A stretch of 64,000 bases of DNA, taken from Octopus bimaculoides (lineage: Eukaryota). Shown here one piece after another: positions 61,590 to 64,000 of the stretch. The notes below the pieces were generated by a model. That model saw only the letters and a list, made by a program, of their open reading frames with translations. It was not told the origin of the DNA and made no database searches. Position numbers and translations under genes: made by a program. The DNA lies in assembly GCF_001194135.2 (NCBI RefSeq), contig NC_068983.1, positions 122,068,765 to 122,132,764 on the forward strand, written 5' to 3'. Each line of letters opens with the position of its first letter. Position 1 is the stretch's first letter.

Positions 61590-61945
61590 CACTATATGTT
61601 TCGACATGCCTTCATAACATGTTGGATACTATGTGTTATGTTGCACTTGTTAAATACAACTTGACACATCACTGCAATGTGTTATGACATACAAGTACAG
61701 TGTGTTATAACATACTACTGGTATGTTATAACATACTACTGGTATGTTATAACATACTACTGGTGTGTTATTACATATTACTAGAATGTGTAATGACATA
61801 TCACTATAATGTATTATTACTTGCTACTACAGTGTATTCACTTATGACTTACAACTACAATGTGGTATGATTTTCCACTAATATATGTTATGACGTATCA
61901 TTACAATATGGACATATACAGTTTGTTATGACATACACTATTACA
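61590..61945. repeat. Degenerate 21-nt minisatellite (tgttataacatactactggta)
   Basis: Three near-perfect units at 61703-61765, with diverged units on both sides. Confidence 0.85.
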
Positions 61946-62780
61946 ATACACTAGTGAGGCCTGCATAATTTCCACAGAATGATAAAAATTGAGAGGATCT
62001 ATTTAAGATAGAAAGGATTATTTGCATTTTTAAATATTCATAACTTTGCTTTCATTAAATATACTTGATGTTTGTCTACATTCATTTGCTTATATCTCTT
62101 TTGGTGTTGTCTTTTTTCTCTTTTTATTATATCTTCTCACTGTTCCTCTCTGATCCTTGCTCTATATATGTGCACCCTTTCTTCGGCAGCTTGCAACTAT
62201 GTTTCTTGTGAATCCATAGTTTGGGCTAAATTAGCTCTTATAAACAAATATCAATTTTTTTAAGCAAGCAGATGATAACTGTTTGCACTTATGTGCATAC
62301 GTTTAACAATGGTCCCTATAACTGCTTCCCCTGTTCCTCTCTCTCTATCTACCTTTCTTAAATCTCACTACCAGAGCATCACCCTCTCCTATATATTATA
62401 TCCGCAACATATCTCTTTCTCTTCACCTTTCCCTTCTGCTAACATCTTAACCACATAATAAGTATTCCTTCCCCCACCCCACCACACGTTAACACTTCTC
62501 TCTTCCTCTTTTTCTCTCGTTTTTTACCTCTACCTTCAGCTGACCATGTGACCGTTTGGCCTAGGTGTACTAATATTAATCACATTTCTCTACTTCTTCC
62601 TCTCTTCTTTCTTCACTCTCCCTCCCTCTCTCTCTCACTCTTACTCCACCTACACCTTTCTAACTAACTAAAGTGTAATGGGCGAATGAACTAGCAGATT
62701 ATTATATAGATTATGATAACGGTAATGATGGAGATACTGTTCTACAAATGTTACAGTAAACTTAATTTTTTTACTTCCAG

Positions 62781-62929
62781 ATAAAAGTTCGTCCTTCTAT
62801 CAGTAAACCAGAAATACAAGTCCAAAGAATTTTATATTTCAGACAGCTTTTTCTGTGTTTCCCGGTTAAATTTTGTAATTTTTACAGTTATATTCCTTTT
62901 CTAGAGATTTATTTTTAAATCACAATAAA
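62781..62929 (+). other. Candidate terminal exon of RNF212 (phase 2: R-stop, then 3'UTR with AATAAA)
   Basis: Strong acceptor ttttttacttccag at 62780, TAA at 62782-62784, AATAAA at 62924. An alternative terminal exon is 61316-61334 (SLAAAG*). Confidence 0.4.
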
Positions 62930-63224
62930 AATTTCAGAAAAGATTTTTGTTCTGTCATCATTCTATTTGTGCTGTAAGAAAAATTTCAAGACAGCCAAGG
63001 TAAAAAAAAAAGACTAAATAAAATGAATCCTTATTCTAGAATGATATAAACTTAAAGATGTCAACATTTTTAAGACTGGTTATTATTAATAAGATTATAA
63101 TTTTAGGACTATTAGCTTCATTTCCAGAAATGAAATATTTTTTTAATATTTACATCTGTTACACTTTGATCTCTTTTCATCATCAGTGGATGCATAGTGA
63201 AGTATTATCCATTATCCATTTTTT

Positions 63225-63660
63225 CCGCATGCTGGTTCTGCCTATTCTCCTCTACAGCGCTGAGACCTGAACCAACCTCAAACAGCACCTGAACAAGCTC
63301 GAAATGCAGTGTCTTTGTCAGATCCTTAATGTCTTTCTATGTGACTGAATCTCAAGCAACAACATCCAGGAATAATGCCAGCAGTAGCCAACCATTGAAG
63401 ACCAAGTCCAGCAGTGAAAGGCTACAGTGGTTTGGCCACATCTGCTGGATGAGCACTGGAAGACTACCATACCAACTTCTTGGTGGCAGCAGTTCTTGCA
63501 CTGGAGAATCCAGTGCAGCACATGAAAGAAAACATTAGTAAAATAAATTGAAGAAGACCTGAAGTCACAGTGCTTTGACCATGCGAATGCCAAGGCCATT
63601 GCCATGGATCAGAAAGTGAGGAATAACATCATCACCAGACGAAGACAGGTGGTGTAAACA
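63225..63660 (+). mobile_element. Degraded RTE LINE C-terminus
   Basis: VLPILLYSAET / RLQWFGHICWMSTGRLPYQLL fragments with stops and frameshifts. Confidence 0.7.
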
Positions 63661-64000
63661 ACAAATGGATGTATTAGTTTAACGCTCGGGAATAGAGAAA
63701 GTCTGACGTTTCGAGCTACACTCTTCAACTGAAAGGAACACAGAAAGAAATAAGGAGAGAAACAAGGAGAAAAAAAATATAAATGTAGTGGTCAGCGATC
63801 TATCATGGCGAATGCCGGACAGAAAGTTCACACAGGAGAGCTAAGAAAAAGGGGAGATAACAAAGGGAAAAGAAGTGGTGAACCCAAGACGAGAAGCTGT
63901 GTGTGTGTGATATAAAGAAAAAGATGTACTTCACTCACATCCTCGTTTGTTCTTATTCTTACTCCCATTCTTTTTCTGCTCTTTTTTAAAAAGACAAACA

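Overview
Eukaryotic, AT-rich, repeat-dense genomic DNA with scaffold gaps. The repeat families suggest an octopus/cephalopod genome (inference). Two intron-rich + strand genes can be built exon by exon, and the ORF track misses almost all of them. (1) Cytosolic asparaginyl-tRNA synthetase NARS1: 17 coding exons at 1034-26333, about 545 codons, with the start-codon exon probably upstream of the window. (2) An RNF212/RNF212B (Zip3/ZHP-3 family) meiotic RING-coiled-coil gene: 13 coding exons at 36640-59588, terminal exon unresolved. Between them are a CpG-enriched putative bidirectional promoter (~32.6-33.2 kb) and a possible unannotated spliced - strand unit (~27.6-32.9 kb). A second promoter-like motif cluster sits at ~61.5 kb. 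Introns hold young RTE-type LINE 3' ends, two or three SINE families, several Tc1/mariner/pogo remnants, hAT and piggyBac MITEs, minisatellites and a 116-bp-stem hairpin. The strongest lead is a possible splicing-based on/off switch in RNF212 intron 4: tandem GC/GT donors, an alternative frame open across two exons, and a candidate poison exon. No prokaryotic system, CRISPR array, rRNA or tRNA gene was found. All coordinates and translations were read by eye, and no database search was run.
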